Positions 18,846-30,800 of a DNA stretch of 48,283 nucleotides are shown in pieces. The position numbers and the translations under genes are program-made. The notes under the pieces were generated by a model, which ran no database searches, was not told where the DNA came from, and worked only from the letters and a program-made list of their open reading frames with translations. Numbering within the stretch: the stretch's first letter is position 1; the number at the start of each line of letters is the position of its first letter. This stretch comes from Urbifossiella sp. (lineage in GTDB: Bacteria; Planctomycetota; Planctomycetia; Gemmatales; Gemmataceae): positions 1 to 48,283 of the forward strand of contig DATNBQ010000600.1 in assembly GCA_035571955.1 (NCBI GenBank), read 5' to 3'.

Positions 18846-21680
18846 TCACTTCTCGTCGGGTTCGCGCCAGCGAACGATGTTCGAATCGGCGCTGCCGGAG
18901 TACACAGTCTTGCCGTCCGCGGAAATCGCAACGCAAAGCACGGGGCGCTTGTGCACCTCGAACGCCGCCGTCTGACGCTTTTCCTCCAGGTTCCAGACGC
19001 GGTTGACGTGATCGTAGCCGACGGATGTCAGGGTCTTTCCGTCCGGAGTGAAGCCGAGCCCGCGAACGTAGCCCGAGTGCGCTTCGAACTTGTGCAGTTC
19101 CTTTCCATCGACCGCATCCCAGAGCCGCATGGTGCGATCGGCCGCGCCAGTGACGATGCGGCTGCCGTCCGGCGAAAATGCGATGGCGCGGACGGTCTGC
19201 GAATGGCCGCGGAGGCGGAAGAGTTCTTTTTTCGTTTCCATGTCGTAGACGATGCAAGCGAACCCCGGAGCGCCGGACGCGCAGGCCCGCTTGCCATCCG
19301 GCGACAATGCGAACGCCGGGATGCCTTCGCGCGGGCCCTTGATCTTGCCGAGTTCCTTGCCGCTCTCCGCGTCCCAGATGCGAATGTCGCCGTCGGAACC
19401 CGCGGTAATCACGCGCTTGCCGTCCGGCGTGAAGGCGATGCCGTTGACCTCCGATTCCTCGTCGTGCCCCTCGAGGCGAACCAGTTCCTGGTTCGATTCC
19501 AGATCGTACACGAACGCTTCCCCGTTGCCTCCTCCGGACGCGGCTCGCTTGCCGTCGCGGCTCACGGCTACCGAGTAAATCTTCGATCGCCCCGCTTCCA
19601 TTTGGGCGGTTTCCTTGCCGCTCTCGGTGTCCCACACCCGGACGGTTCCGTCCCAACTTCCCGAGATGAGCTTCTTGCCGTCGGCGGTGAGCTCGAGCGC
19701 GGCGACCCAGCTTTCGTGGCCGGCCATGCGCGATCCGCCCGATGCGGCGCGGGCCAGCGACCAGGCCCGCAGCGAGCGATCCATCGACGTGGAGAAAATG
19801 AGGCTCCGCGACGTGCCGAACAGGCCGGTGATCGCCCCGGAGTGGCCGACGAATCGCGCCCGCTCTTGCCATTCGTTCACGTCCCACGCGAGCATCGCCT
19901 GGCCGAGGGAGCCGGTAAGCAGTTCCGCGCCGTCGGCGGTGAACGCGACGGCCTTCAACGCGGTTTGAGTGCGGCGAAACGCGATCGGCTTCTTGGCATC
20001 GAGATTCCACACACGGAAGCCGGGGTCGCTGCCGGCCGAGACGAGAATCGGCCGCGTCGGGTGGAAGGCGAGCGCCGCCACGGCCGCCGTGTGGTCCGAC
20101 CACGCGGCCAGCGGCGCGAGCTTCTCGACGTCCCAGAGTTTCACTTCGGCCGGGCCGGCCTTCGCCAGTGCGTCGGATCCGCTGGCGAGCAACCGGCTAT
20201 CCGGGGAGAAGGCGATGCACGACACCGCGACGGAATGCGCGTCGCAGGCGGCCTTTTCGCGAACTTCCCCGGGCTTCGTTCCGGGAGGCGGCACGTCGTA
20301 AAGCAGGATTCGTTTGTCGGTGCCGCCGGTGGCGAAAAGTTTGCCATCCGGTGAAAAGACGGCGGCGCGAATCGAGCCGCGATGCCCATCGAGCACCGCC
20401 AGTCGCTCACCCGCTGCTGCGTCCCACAAGTAACCGGTGCGGTCGCGGCCGACGCTAATCAGGCGCAGGCCGTCCGGGCTGAAGGCCAGATGGGTGATGG
20501 CGCCCTTGTGGCCGCGCAAGCGGAGTTTGACTTCGCCGGTGACGGTGTCCTGAATCAGCACGGTGTACTTTTCGCCGACGGCGGCGAACCGCTTGCCGTC
20601 GGCGGAAACCGCGGCGACGCCGGTCCAACCCGGCTGGGCCGCGAGCGTTTGCGAAGCGTAAACGCGCGGCAAACTCGCCGACCAGAGCCCCACCGATTTA
20701 TCGGAGGAAGCGGTCGCGATCTGCCGGCCGCCCGGTGCGAAGGCGATGCCGCCGATCGCGTCCGTGTGCCCTTCTTCCAGGTTGGCGAGTTCGCCTCCGG
20801 TCGAGCGTTCCCAGAGCCGCACCGTCTTGTCGTTGCTGCAGGTGGCGAGCAACTGCCCGCGCGGCGAGAACACCACCCCGGTCACGGCATCGGCGTGGCC
20901 GGTCAGTGGCGTGCCGTGGATGGCTTTCTTGGCGACATCCCAGAGCCGCACCGTGGCATCGTCCGATCCCGTGGCGAGCAGTGCGCCGTCGGGCGAAAAC
21001 GCAATGGCCCGCACCGGCCCGGCGTGCCCGCGAAGCGAGCCGACAATGCTCCAGTCGGCGGCGTTCCACAGCACGACCCGGCGATCCGAGCCACCCGTCG
21101 CCACCGTTTTGCCGTCCTGGCTCACCGCAATCGCCCGCACCGCCCCGCGGTGTTCCTCGAACGATTTCAATTCTTGAACCGCCGCACTGTCCCATACTTT
21201 GATGAACCGATCGGCCCCGCCGCTGACGACCGTCTTGTTATCGGCGAGGAATGCCACGCCAAGCACGGCGTTCTGATGCCCCTTGAGGATCGCGATTTCC
21301 TTGCGGCCGGCAACGTCCCAAATGCGGACGGTCTTATCGAAGGACCCGGCGGCCAGCTTTGTGCCATCGCGGGAGAAGGCGACGGCGGCGACCGCGTCCG
21401 CATGACCGGAAAGTTCGACGACGAGTTTGCCGGCGCAATCCAGGAGCCGCACTTTCTTGTCCGCGCAACCGACCGCGATCAGCACACCGTCCGGCGAATA
21501 GGCAACAGCCAGAGCGTCATCGGGAACCTTGATTCGGTTCGGCTGCGCGTCGAACTGCATCGGCTCGAAGAATGCCGCGGGCTTCGGCGCCCCTTTGGCC
21601 TTCTCTTGCTGCGGCAATGCCGATGAGTGCGCCAGTGCCAGCGCCAGGATCGCGAAGAAGCCAGGCTTAAGAAATCGCAT
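18846..21680 (-). CDS. Secreted WD40-repeat protein (about 21 repeats, probably three beta-propellers)
   Basis: Start reassigned to ATG 21680 (GAGG upstream, signal peptide MRFLKPGFFAILALALAHSSA). The remainder is continuous GH..V..VAFSPDG..ATGS.D.TVRLWD repeats. Confidence 0.93.
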   Translation of the reverse strand: MRFLKPGFFAILALALAHSSALPQQEKAKGAPKPAAFFEPMQFDAQPNRIKVPDDALAVAYSPDGVLIAVGCADKKVRLLDCAGKLVVELSGHADAVAAVAFSRDGTKLAAGSFDKTVRIWDVAGRKEIAILKGHQNAVLGVAFLADNKTVVSGGADRFIKVWDSAAVQELKSFEEHRGAVRAIAVSQDGKTVATGGSDRRVVLWNAADWSIVGSLRGHAGPVRAIAFSPDGALLATGSDDATVRLWDVAKKAIHGTPLTGHADAVTGVVFSPRGQLLATCSNDKTVRLWERSTGGELANLEEGHTDAIGGIAFAPGGRQIATASSDKSVGLWSASLPRVYASQTLAAQPGWTGVAAVSADGKRFAAVGEKYTVLIQDTVTGEVKLRLRGHKGAITHLAFSPDGLRLISVGRDRTGYLWDAAAGERLAVLDGHRGSIRAAVFSPDGKLFATGGTDKRILLYDVPPPGTKPGEVREKAACDAHSVAVSCIAFSPDSRLLASGSDALAKAGPAEVKLWDVEKLAPLAAWSDHTAAVAALAFHPTRPILVSAGSDPGFRVWNLDAKKPIAFRRTQTALKAVAFTADGAELLTGSLGQAMLAWDVNEWQERARFVGHSGAITGLFGTSRSLIFSTSMDRSLRAWSLARAASGGSRMAGHESWVAALELTADGKKLISGSWDGTVRVWDTESGKETAQMEAGRSKIYSVAVSRDGKRAASGGGNGEAFVYDLESNQELVRLEGHDEESEVNGIAFTPDGKRVITAGSDGDIRIWDAESGKELGKIKGPREGIPAFALSPDGKRACASGAPGFACIVYDMETKKELFRLRGHSQTVRAIAFSPDGSRIVTGAADRTMRLWDAVDGKELHKFEAHSGYVRGLGFTPDGKTLTSVGYDHVNRVWNLEEKRQTAAFEVHKRPVLCVAISADGKTVYSGSADSNIVRWREPDEK

Positions 21681-21710
21681 GACATCCTCGTAGGGATCGC
21701 AAAGGAACGG

Positions 21711-21802
21711 AGCCGCGGATTCACGCCAACTACGCGGATCGGATTCACCTGAGATCGGAGACAGTCTTTTCCGATCTGCGTTATCAGCCTGAATCCGCGG
21801 CT
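21711..21802. repeat. Long imperfect inverted repeat (REP-like hairpin), intercistronic
   Basis: 33-nt arms AGCCGCGGATTCACGCCAACTACGCGGATCGGA and TCCGATCTGCGTTATCAGCCTGAATCCGCGGCT match at 27/33 as reverse complements. Confidence 0.85.
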
Positions 21803-21824
21803 GCATTTCACTGCGGTCGATGAG

Positions 21825-24800
21825 TTATTTCGGCTCGAACAGCCTCTCATTTGGCGGCACGGCCTTGCCCCAGTCGCCGGAGTAGGTCATCGAACGAATC
21901 CGAGCCTCGCTGACGTCCGTGTAATGGAAGAGCCCGAAGAACCGCTGGTTCGTCGCTTCGATCGGCCGCTTGTACACATCCACGCCATCGAGCGCGATTC
22001 GCACCTCGTCGCCGATTACCGACAATCGCACGCGATTCCACGCTTTCGCCTTCAGCGGCAGCTTCGACGGACCGATGCGGCACGCCGGTTCGTCCCTCGC
22101 GTTGTCGAACGGCACGTCGCTTCGCTCCGAATGGCCGTCGGTGAGCCAGTGCAGGCGGACGCCGTCCGGTTCGAGGAGGAACGTGAGCCGGTCGAGCGTC
22201 GGGTGAACGCAAGCCTTCTCCGCGTCGTAAAAGAAGTCGTACTCGATGGCGCCGTTCTCCAGCATCGGCCGCTGATAGAACAGGGCCGATTCGGGGAAGA
22301 GACGCGGCGGCGCGGGTTTCCCTTCCGGCGGCGGCTCCGGCTTGCGGCCGAACTGGAACAGCTCTTCGCCGCGCTTGCTCCATGGCCCCCCTGTGGCGAG
22401 GTACGGCCGCCACAGGGCGAGGCTGTCGTTGGAGAGCAGGTCGATTTTCTCCGGAACCGTCGGCGTGCCGGTGATTCGCACGTTGGCCAGCGTGCCCGTG
22501 CAATGGCCGTTGGCGTGGAACATCAGCCACGGCTCCGGCTCCGTGCCGATCTTCTCGGCCGCCAACTCGCGATCGTCCACGTAGGCCCGCAACCAGCCGC
22601 CCTTCACCGCCATCCGGAACTTGTAAGTGTTCGTTTTGCTCGCCTTCAGCGGCGGAGCGATAGTAGTGTCGCGGCCATTGTGCCCCATCGCCGTGTGCAT
22701 CTTGAACTTCTTCCAGTCGTGGCTGAGGTCGAACTGGAAGGCGCCGTAGCGCATGTGGGCTTCGGTCCACCCCTGCAGGCGGAGTTCGCAAGTAAGTTCG
22801 AAGTCGCCGCGGAGGGGCGTGCGCAGACCGAGGTAATCCTCGTTGTTGCCGGGATAGTGGGTGACGACGCCATTTTCGAACGACCAGTGGGGCGCGTTCC
22901 AACCCTGGCTGCGGCCCCCGGAATCCACGAGCGCAATCGGAGCCCAGTGGGCGAATGTGGTGGAACCGAAGGGGCGGCGAATTGCGTCCGGTTGAGCCGC
23001 GACAATTGCCCGCGCCCGCACCGAGCGATATGCCCGCACCCAGAAGTCGCGGTTGGCGAACGGCTTGTTCTGCACCATCGAATCGTTCGCGTTCTGGTTT
23101 ATCGCTTCGGCGAGGTCGCGAACCGGCTTGGCAAGCGCCGGGCGTTCCAGGGTTGCGAGCGCGGCGATGAATTCCGGCCAGCGCACGGACGGATCGGCAT
23201 CCGGAGGCAGTTGTTTGAATGCCGCCAGAAGCGATTGCAGCGCCGCGGCGGCCTCCGCGTCTCGCCCCTGGGCCGCTCGCGCCGCGGCCAGCAATGCCAA
23301 CTTCGACCGTTGGAACGCGGTGTCGCCGGGAGGAACCGCGAGATTGGCGACGCGGTCGGCCAGCGCATTCAGTTGGCCGGCTTCCTTCGCCGCGGCAATC
23401 AATTCCAGACACGGCGCCTCCAGACGGCCGCCCAGCACGACGCGCTGCCCCGTCGGTTGATCCGCCCGATCGACGCTGCCGAGCACGTCGAGCGGCTTGA
23501 TGACGCCGGCCAGTTGGATCAGCGGCCGCGTCTCCGACGGGAGAACCCACTGAGCGAGCGCGGCCGACCGCTCGGCCGGCGGCAGTTTTCTGGCCCGGTC
23601 TGCGATCATCCCGGATTCGGTGGCGTAATAGGCCTCGCCGATTTGCGAACGGCGGGCATTCGCCTCGGCCGGCGCCGCGCCCTTGACCGTGAACTCGATC
23701 GCGGGCAGTTCCTTGCCCCACGAACCGCGGAGCACTGCGTTGCGAACTCGCACGCCGGTCTTCTCGCGGTAATGGAAGAGCCCGAATTGCCGCTCCACCC
23801 CGGCCGGGAGTTTGCCTTCGTAGATCGCAGCGCCGTTCAGTTCGATGGATAAGCCGTCCGCCGTTGTGGTGAGCGACAGTGCGTTCCAGTCGCCGGCCTT
23901 GAGCGGCAGTTTGTCGCTCTTCCGGGCGGCAGAATCGGCGACGGCATTGTTCGGGGCAACGCCGGTCCAATCTTCACCGGCATTGCCAAGCCAGTGCAAC
24001 TGGACGCCGTCCGGTTCCAGCAGGAAAGCGATGCGGCCGAGCGCGGGGTGCACGTGCGTGCGCCCCGGGTCGTAGAAGAACTCGTACTTCACGGAATCGC
24101 CGGTTTGCAGCGGGCGGAAGTAAGCGAGGCAACCGGGAATCGGCTTGTCGGCGCGATCGAGCTTGCGGCCGACGATCTCGCCCCCCTTTGCTTCCCAATC
24201 GTATTTAGGCGGCTTGTCGCTGGGGTTTTGCTGAACCGGATCGCCGTAGCGATCGAAGGCGTTGCCGTCGGCCCGTTCCTTCAAAGCCATCCGGCCCGGC
24301 ACCACCCCGCCATAGAGATACGGCGACCAGCCGCCGAGCGACGAACCCGTCAACTTCACTTCCGCCGGTATCACCGGTTTTCCGCTGATCGCGAAGTTGC
24401 GGAACACGGGGCGACGGCCGCTCCCAGAGAAAAGCATTAGCCACGGGCTCGTCGTTTGCGGATCGGTGTCCTCGTAGAAGAGCTTGCCGTTCAGGAGGCA
24501 GCGCACCTTCCCCGGCGATACCTGGAACGTCATGCGGTTGAACTCTTCGTTGAGAATTCCCGGAGCGTCCTTATTGACCTGGTCGTGGCGGCCGATCGCC
24601 CAGACCGAGGAGCCGACGCCGCCGCGATTGGGCTCGAACACGACCCCGGCATAACCGGCGTGCCCCTCGGTGTAGTGCCCCTGGAAGACATCCACGGAGA
24701 ACTCGAAGGTTCCGGCGAGCGGCGTGTCGAACGCGAGGAGGCCATTGCCATCGCCCCAGCCGTGCGTCAGGTAGCCGTCCTGGGCGAACCAGGTTTCGCG

Positions 24801-27800
24801 CGAGTTCGCCGGGCGCCAGTGCGAAGGCACGGCGTTCTCCAGGGCATTCGGGGCGCCGGCCAACCTCGCGGCCAGCGACTTCTGCAGCGACACGAGGCGG
24901 GGAATCTGCTGCGCGTTGTGCGTCGATTGCGATCGCTCAAGCATCGTGGAAATCAGGGCCTGGCCGATCGCTGCCAGAGCCGGATCGGCGGTGGATAACT
25001 GCACGACCAGCAATTCGCTGTCGTGAACATTGGCCGGCGAACGGTCCTCGCCGTAATAGCGCGAGGTGATCCGCTCTTCCTCTTTTGCGGTGAGCCGCTT
25101 CCGGGTCGATTCGACGAACGCCCGCACCTGCGGTTCGGCTTCTTTCCCCTTCTTCTGAGCCAGCGCGACGAGCACCTGGAACAGTTCCGCGTTCTCGATC
25201 TTCTCGGCGGCGAGCTTCGCGGCGATCCCCGCAAGCTCCTGGCCCTTCCCGCACTCGTTGGCCGCCTCGGCGAGAACCAGCATCGTGTTCACGATCTGCC
25301 CCGCCGGCAGCGGCGGCAGCTTCGCGAACGCCGGCGGCGGAAGTTCCGATGGCAGAACGCCGACGTAGTAGCGCAGGGCCTTCCGCCCCGCGGTCGGCAT
25401 CGTCCATTCGTGCAGGGCTTCGTAGCGTTTGGCCGCGGGAAGTTCGTAGAGCCGCCGCACGAGCAAGGGGAAGGAATTCAGCGTTGGTTCGCGGCGATTA
25501 CCGGGGTTGGGCGAACTCGATTCAACCGCGGCGCGATCGGCATGAAGGGCGAGTTCCTTCAGCGCGTCCGCCGTCCAGCCGATCTTGAGGTACTCCTGGG
25601 CCAGCGGCATGTGAATGTCGAGTTCCCCGCGGCCGCCCTTATTGTCGAACTTCTCGATCGCCTTGAACTGAGCGCGGGCAGCGGCCTCGTTCTTCAAAGC
25701 GAGTTGCCGGGTCGCGAGCTTGAGTCGCAATTCCATCGCTCGTTGGTAATCCTGACGATTGCCCGTCGTCGCGCAGTTCTCCGCGGCCTTTTGGATAAAC
25801 GGCGCCGCGGTCTCCGCATACTTCGGATCGGCAAGCAACGGCAGCAATACCCCCATGACGCTGTCGTTCGTCCCCCGCAGCGAATCCTTCTTCAACCTCT
25901 CGCCGAGGGTCTTTATCAATTGGAGCGCCTCGGCTTCGTTCTTGCTTTGCAGGGCCAGCGCGGCGAGAAGCACCTGGGCATTGAGTTCGCCGAGCGGTTG
26001 GCCGATGCGCGTGCCGGCGCGCCGTCGAAGATCATCGACCTTGTTCGCCTCAATCGCGACATCGCAAAGCAAGCCGCACAGGCCGCGGTCCTCGACGCCG
26101 TCGTCGTTGATGCCGACGGCCGGCGTGAGGTTGCCGCTGGGAGAAATGCTGTAGATGGTGCCGGAAACGCGCCCTTCGGAGGCGAGGAACACCTCCGCGG
26201 GGCGGGCGTCCGGCAACACCGCCGTCGCGACCACCTCATAGATGTCCGCGAGCGGCGCCTTGCTGGCCCGCCACTTCGGAACGAGTTCCACGAGCGCCTG
26301 ATCGACGCCGACCTGAACGATGCCGTTGTCTTGGACGTAATACTGGACGCCGCCGATCATGCGGCTGCGGAAAGCGCCACCGAAATTGCGCCGCTGCTTG
26401 CTGGGTGCGAGCGGGCCGCCCCGCAGTGCGTCGCGCATTGCCTTCATGGAGAGTTCGGTCATTCCTTTGTCCGCGGCGAGCACGGCCAGGGAATAAACCT
26501 GTTGGAACTGATCGACGTTAAGGACAGTTGTGCTGCCGCCCGACCTGGGACCGGCGGGCGATACCGGCGCAGCAACGGCCACGGGCCGCATCGCCAGAAC
26601 GTAGCGGAAGTCGGCGGATCGGGGCGCTTGCGATTGCGGGGCCTTGGGCGCCGGGACTACCGCGGGCGGCGCGGGCGGCGCAGGCGCCGGGCGGACGGGA
26701 ACGGCCCACTTCTTGGGAGTCGGCTTCGGCAAGTACGATTCGAGCAGTTCCGCCCAGTGCGCCTCGGCCTTGGCGCGATCGCCGCGGTCCAAATCCAGTT
26801 GCCCCCACTCGCGAAGAATGCACGCGAGATAAGGCGAGTCTTGTTGCCGCTTGGCGGCGAGTACGGCGCGGGCCGCCAGTTTCTCACCGGCGGCGTGGAA
26901 CGGCTCGCGATCCTTCCGATTGGCGAGGCACTCGCGGGCCGCGAGCCAGAGCGGCACCTGCAGCAAGGCTTCGGCGCGCTGCCGCGAGTTGGCCCGTGCC
27001 TTTCCGGTAAGCGGCTCAAGCGGCGACTCCTCCACGGCCTTCACGAGCCGATCCAGCGCTTCGCGGATCGCCTCGGGCTTGCCGTCCGCGAAGGCCACCA
27101 AGGCCGCCGCCGTGTGAATGGAGATGTCCTTCGGATGCTTCCGAGCCAGATCGGCCAGCTTCGCAGCAGCTTCGCGGCGAACCTCCGGCTTCTTCTCGGT
27201 GGACTTGATCGCCGCGGCGAACAGGCTGTTCAGCGATGCCTTGGCGAATTCCCGCGAATCGACCAGCACCACCAGGTCGAGTGCCGACTTGCTACTCGCG
27301 CCGCCCTCGAGAGGCGTTAGCAGCGAGCCGAGAGCGCTCGACAGCGAATCCGGCTTGAGGGACGCCATCGCGTCGCGCAGCCCGGCCTCGATCTGCTGGT
27401 CGAACCGTTCGCCCCCGTAATACTGGTTGGCTTGGTCGAGCGATTCGCGATCGGCGAGCAGCGAGTTGAAGATGCGAACGGCTTCCACCGTCTCGCCGAG
27501 CCCTTGCAGTTCGCGGGCCGCGCTCAGCTTGTTGTTCACCTGCTGGTATTGCCAGTATCCGCCGCCGCCGTAGCCGGGGTCGTTCTGCTCGACCTTGGAC
27601 ATGCGGAGTTGCAGCTTCTTGGCATCGTCCTTGCGGCCGAGTTGCTGATACCACCAGACGAGCCGCCGGGCCGGATTGCTACTGATGTCGTAACTCCCTT
27701 CCTTCATCATCTCTTCGACGCCGCCTTCGAGCGTGGCGACGGCCACATCCTCGACGCCGGCGTAGAACTCGAGTTCCTGCGCGAGCAAGAAGCGCGACAG

Positions 27801-30800
27801 CGGCGGTATCTCGGTCTTTGAGTTGAACGCGTCTTGCCAGAGCTTCTTGCCCGCGTCCTTGTTGCCGAGTTGGATTTCGAGGGCGGCGAGCATGGCCTTG
27901 CCGCCGGTCCACTCCGGGCGCTTGGCGAGCGCCGCCTGAATCTCGACCTTTAACTCCGGCAGCCGCTGCTGCTTGCGGGCGATCGAGAACATCCGCGTCA
28001 CCACGCCCTCGATGCGGCCATCGCCGTTCCACGAAAGAATCTCGTTCGTCGCTTGCCACGGATCGAGTTCGGAATCCTCGCGGGGAATGACCGCTTCCTT
28101 GGCGTAAGCGTAAATCTCCGGGAGCCGCCAGACCGATTCGTCGGAAAGTTGGCTGAGCAACTGCCCGCGGTATTGCGGGAAGGCCTCCCACGATTTCTTG
28201 AACAGCTTCAGCCCGAGTTCCTTCCCCTTGTCGCTCCGCAACAGAGAGGGAACCATCTGGATCACGGACCAGTAGTTGCCGATTTTGTGGAAGTCGATTT
28301 CCTCCATGAGCCGCGCGAGTTCCTCGAACTTGTTGGCCTGCGAGAAGGTCTGCTCGATTTCCCAATAGCGGTTGCCGAACGAGGACGGATCGAGCTTGAT
28401 GGCGGCCTTGTAGTGGGCGATGGCCGCGTCGCGGTCGCCGAACTGCATGAGTTGTTGGGCCACCTGGAAGCGCAACTTGCCGTCGTCCGGTTTCAATTCC
28501 GCCATCTTTTGCAGCGCCGCTTTCAGCTTCTCCTTGTCGTTGGAAGCCTGGTAGAAGCCGATAAGTGTCTGGTGGATTTGCAGCGATTTCGGCGAGGCTT
28601 TGAGTTGGGCTTCGGCGCGCTCGGTCATTTCCTTGAGTTGGCCGGAGCGGGCCAGCACGCGGATGGCCTGGTCGCGGGCGTTGTCCACTTCGTTGTAGCC
28701 GCGCTGGTTGAAGTTCATCGACGGCCCTTTGCGAAGAAGCTGCCGAGCAATCTGCACGGCGAGGTCCGTCTGATTCTGGCTCTGATACTGCGACATGAGC
28801 TGCAGGAGGGTGCCGGTCTTGTTGCCGGCCTGGCGCTGGGCACGGTTGAGCACGGTCTCGGCCAGCTTGGCCATGCCGAGGCGGTGCATCTTGCCGGCGA
28901 GTACGAGTTGCTTGTCGGCATCGAGGCGAAGGCCGAAAAGTCGCTCGGCGGCCCGGCGAGCGCGGTCCACGTTTCCCGTACGCTCGGCCAATTGCAGTGC
29001 GAAATCCTCGCGCCGCTGCATCATCTGCGTGTCCAGCGGCACGATGGAATCGAGCAGCGCGAGCGCCGACTCCGGATCGCCCAGTTCCTCGCGCAGCGTC
29101 GCCACCTCCATGAGCAGATTGTGGTCGTTCGGGGCGAGCCCGATCGCTTGCTGCAACTGCTCGATGGACTCGTCCTTGTCGTCGTTCCACCAGAGCAGGT
29201 AGCCGGTGGCGAGCCGCAGATACATCTGTTCCGCGCCCTGCGCCGCCTCGGCTTGCTTCCGCACGTGGGCGATCAGGTCGGAAGTCAGGTCCGCTTCCCG
29301 GTACTTGGCGTATGCCGTGTAGAGCATCTGCAGCAGGTGGTAGTCGTAATATTCGCTCGGCGAGGGGAACGACATGCGATAGTTCTTGCCGTTCTTGCCG
29401 GGAATGTAGCCGGAGAAGCCCCCGCCCTGCGACGTCTTGCGAATCGTCGATGGCGGCACGGCGAGATTCTGCCGGCGAGCGAGTGCGATGGCCTGATCGA
29501 AGATGCGGAGCGCCTCAGGGAACTTCTTCTCGTCCGCGAGCGTGGCGACGAGCGATTCCAGTTGCGATGTGGCTTCCCGCGTCGGCAATTGCGCCAGGGC
29601 TGCCGCCGTCTTCGCCGGGCCCTGCAGTTTGTCGAGTTTCAGGAACAGTTCGAGGGCCGATTCGATATCCTTGCGGCCCGCGGCCAGGGCAAGCGCGGAT
29701 TGAATCTTCTCGATCGTGGACGCGTCGGCGACCAGCGCCTTGTAAATCGCGGTCTCGTCCTCGGATCGCTTCGCCCGCTTCAACTCCGTCATCGCGATTT
29801 GCGTCACCTCGGCCGTCACCCAGTCCGGCTTGAGCCTCTTCAAGTTTTCGAAGCAAGCGAGGGCGTGCGCGAGCTGATCGGCGGGCAGCGGCGGCGTGGT
29901 GTCCTTCGCCTCGGCGGCCCCTCGACGCCGGCGGGAGACGCCGTTGTCGCGCGACCCGATGGCATTCAGATACGCCAGGGCACCCGCGGGATCGGGGCCG
30001 TTCGACAGCTTCAGGCATGTCGCCAGCATGTCCTTCCGCTCCTGGCGCAGAGCCTGGAAGTAATACCAGTCCCAGAGCGGGCGCAGGTCGGCGCCGGCCT
30101 TGTCGCGCGCGAGGCGCAGCCGCTTCACGAAGCCGTCCTGGTCGTTGCGGGCCCGCGCTTGCTCGTAGAGGTAGCCGAGGCAAGCCATGCGGGCTTCGCC
30201 GAAATCGGACGGAGCGTAAGACTGCTGTTGGTTGCCGGGATAGTAGTCCCGCTGATCCATGCCGACGGCCATGCGAATCCGCCAGACGTTATTGCTGCGG
30301 CGGAGGAACGGCGGGGTGGAGCGGTCATAGGCTTGCTGGCCCGGCCGCGGCGCCGCCTTGGCCTTGGTCGCGGCCTTCTCCTGGTCGTGCTTGGCGATCG
30401 CGCCGGGTTCGTCGTCCAGCTGCTTGAGCGCGAGGATGGATACGAACCGCTTGGCCGCGTCGTCACGTTTCCCCTTGGCGGCGAGGGCCGCCCCTTCGCG
30501 ATAAAGCAGTTCCCAGTTTCCAGGCTTCTGCACCAGCAACCGCGACAGGATCGCGAGCGCCGAATCGAACTTACCACCGTTGATCAACTGGTCGATCGCT
30601 TGCAAGTTGCGGTGCGTCTCCGTCTGTTTGGCGACGAGGTTGACCCAGATCTCGGCGGCCTCGTCGGCCTCGCCGGTGCGCGTTAAGAGCTGGGCCATCT
30701 TCAACTGGTGGTCGAAGTTGTTCGGGGCCGCGGCGGCGATTTGCCGTTGGTATTTCACGGCCGCCGCGAGATCGCCCTCCGATTCGCACAGCGAAACGAG

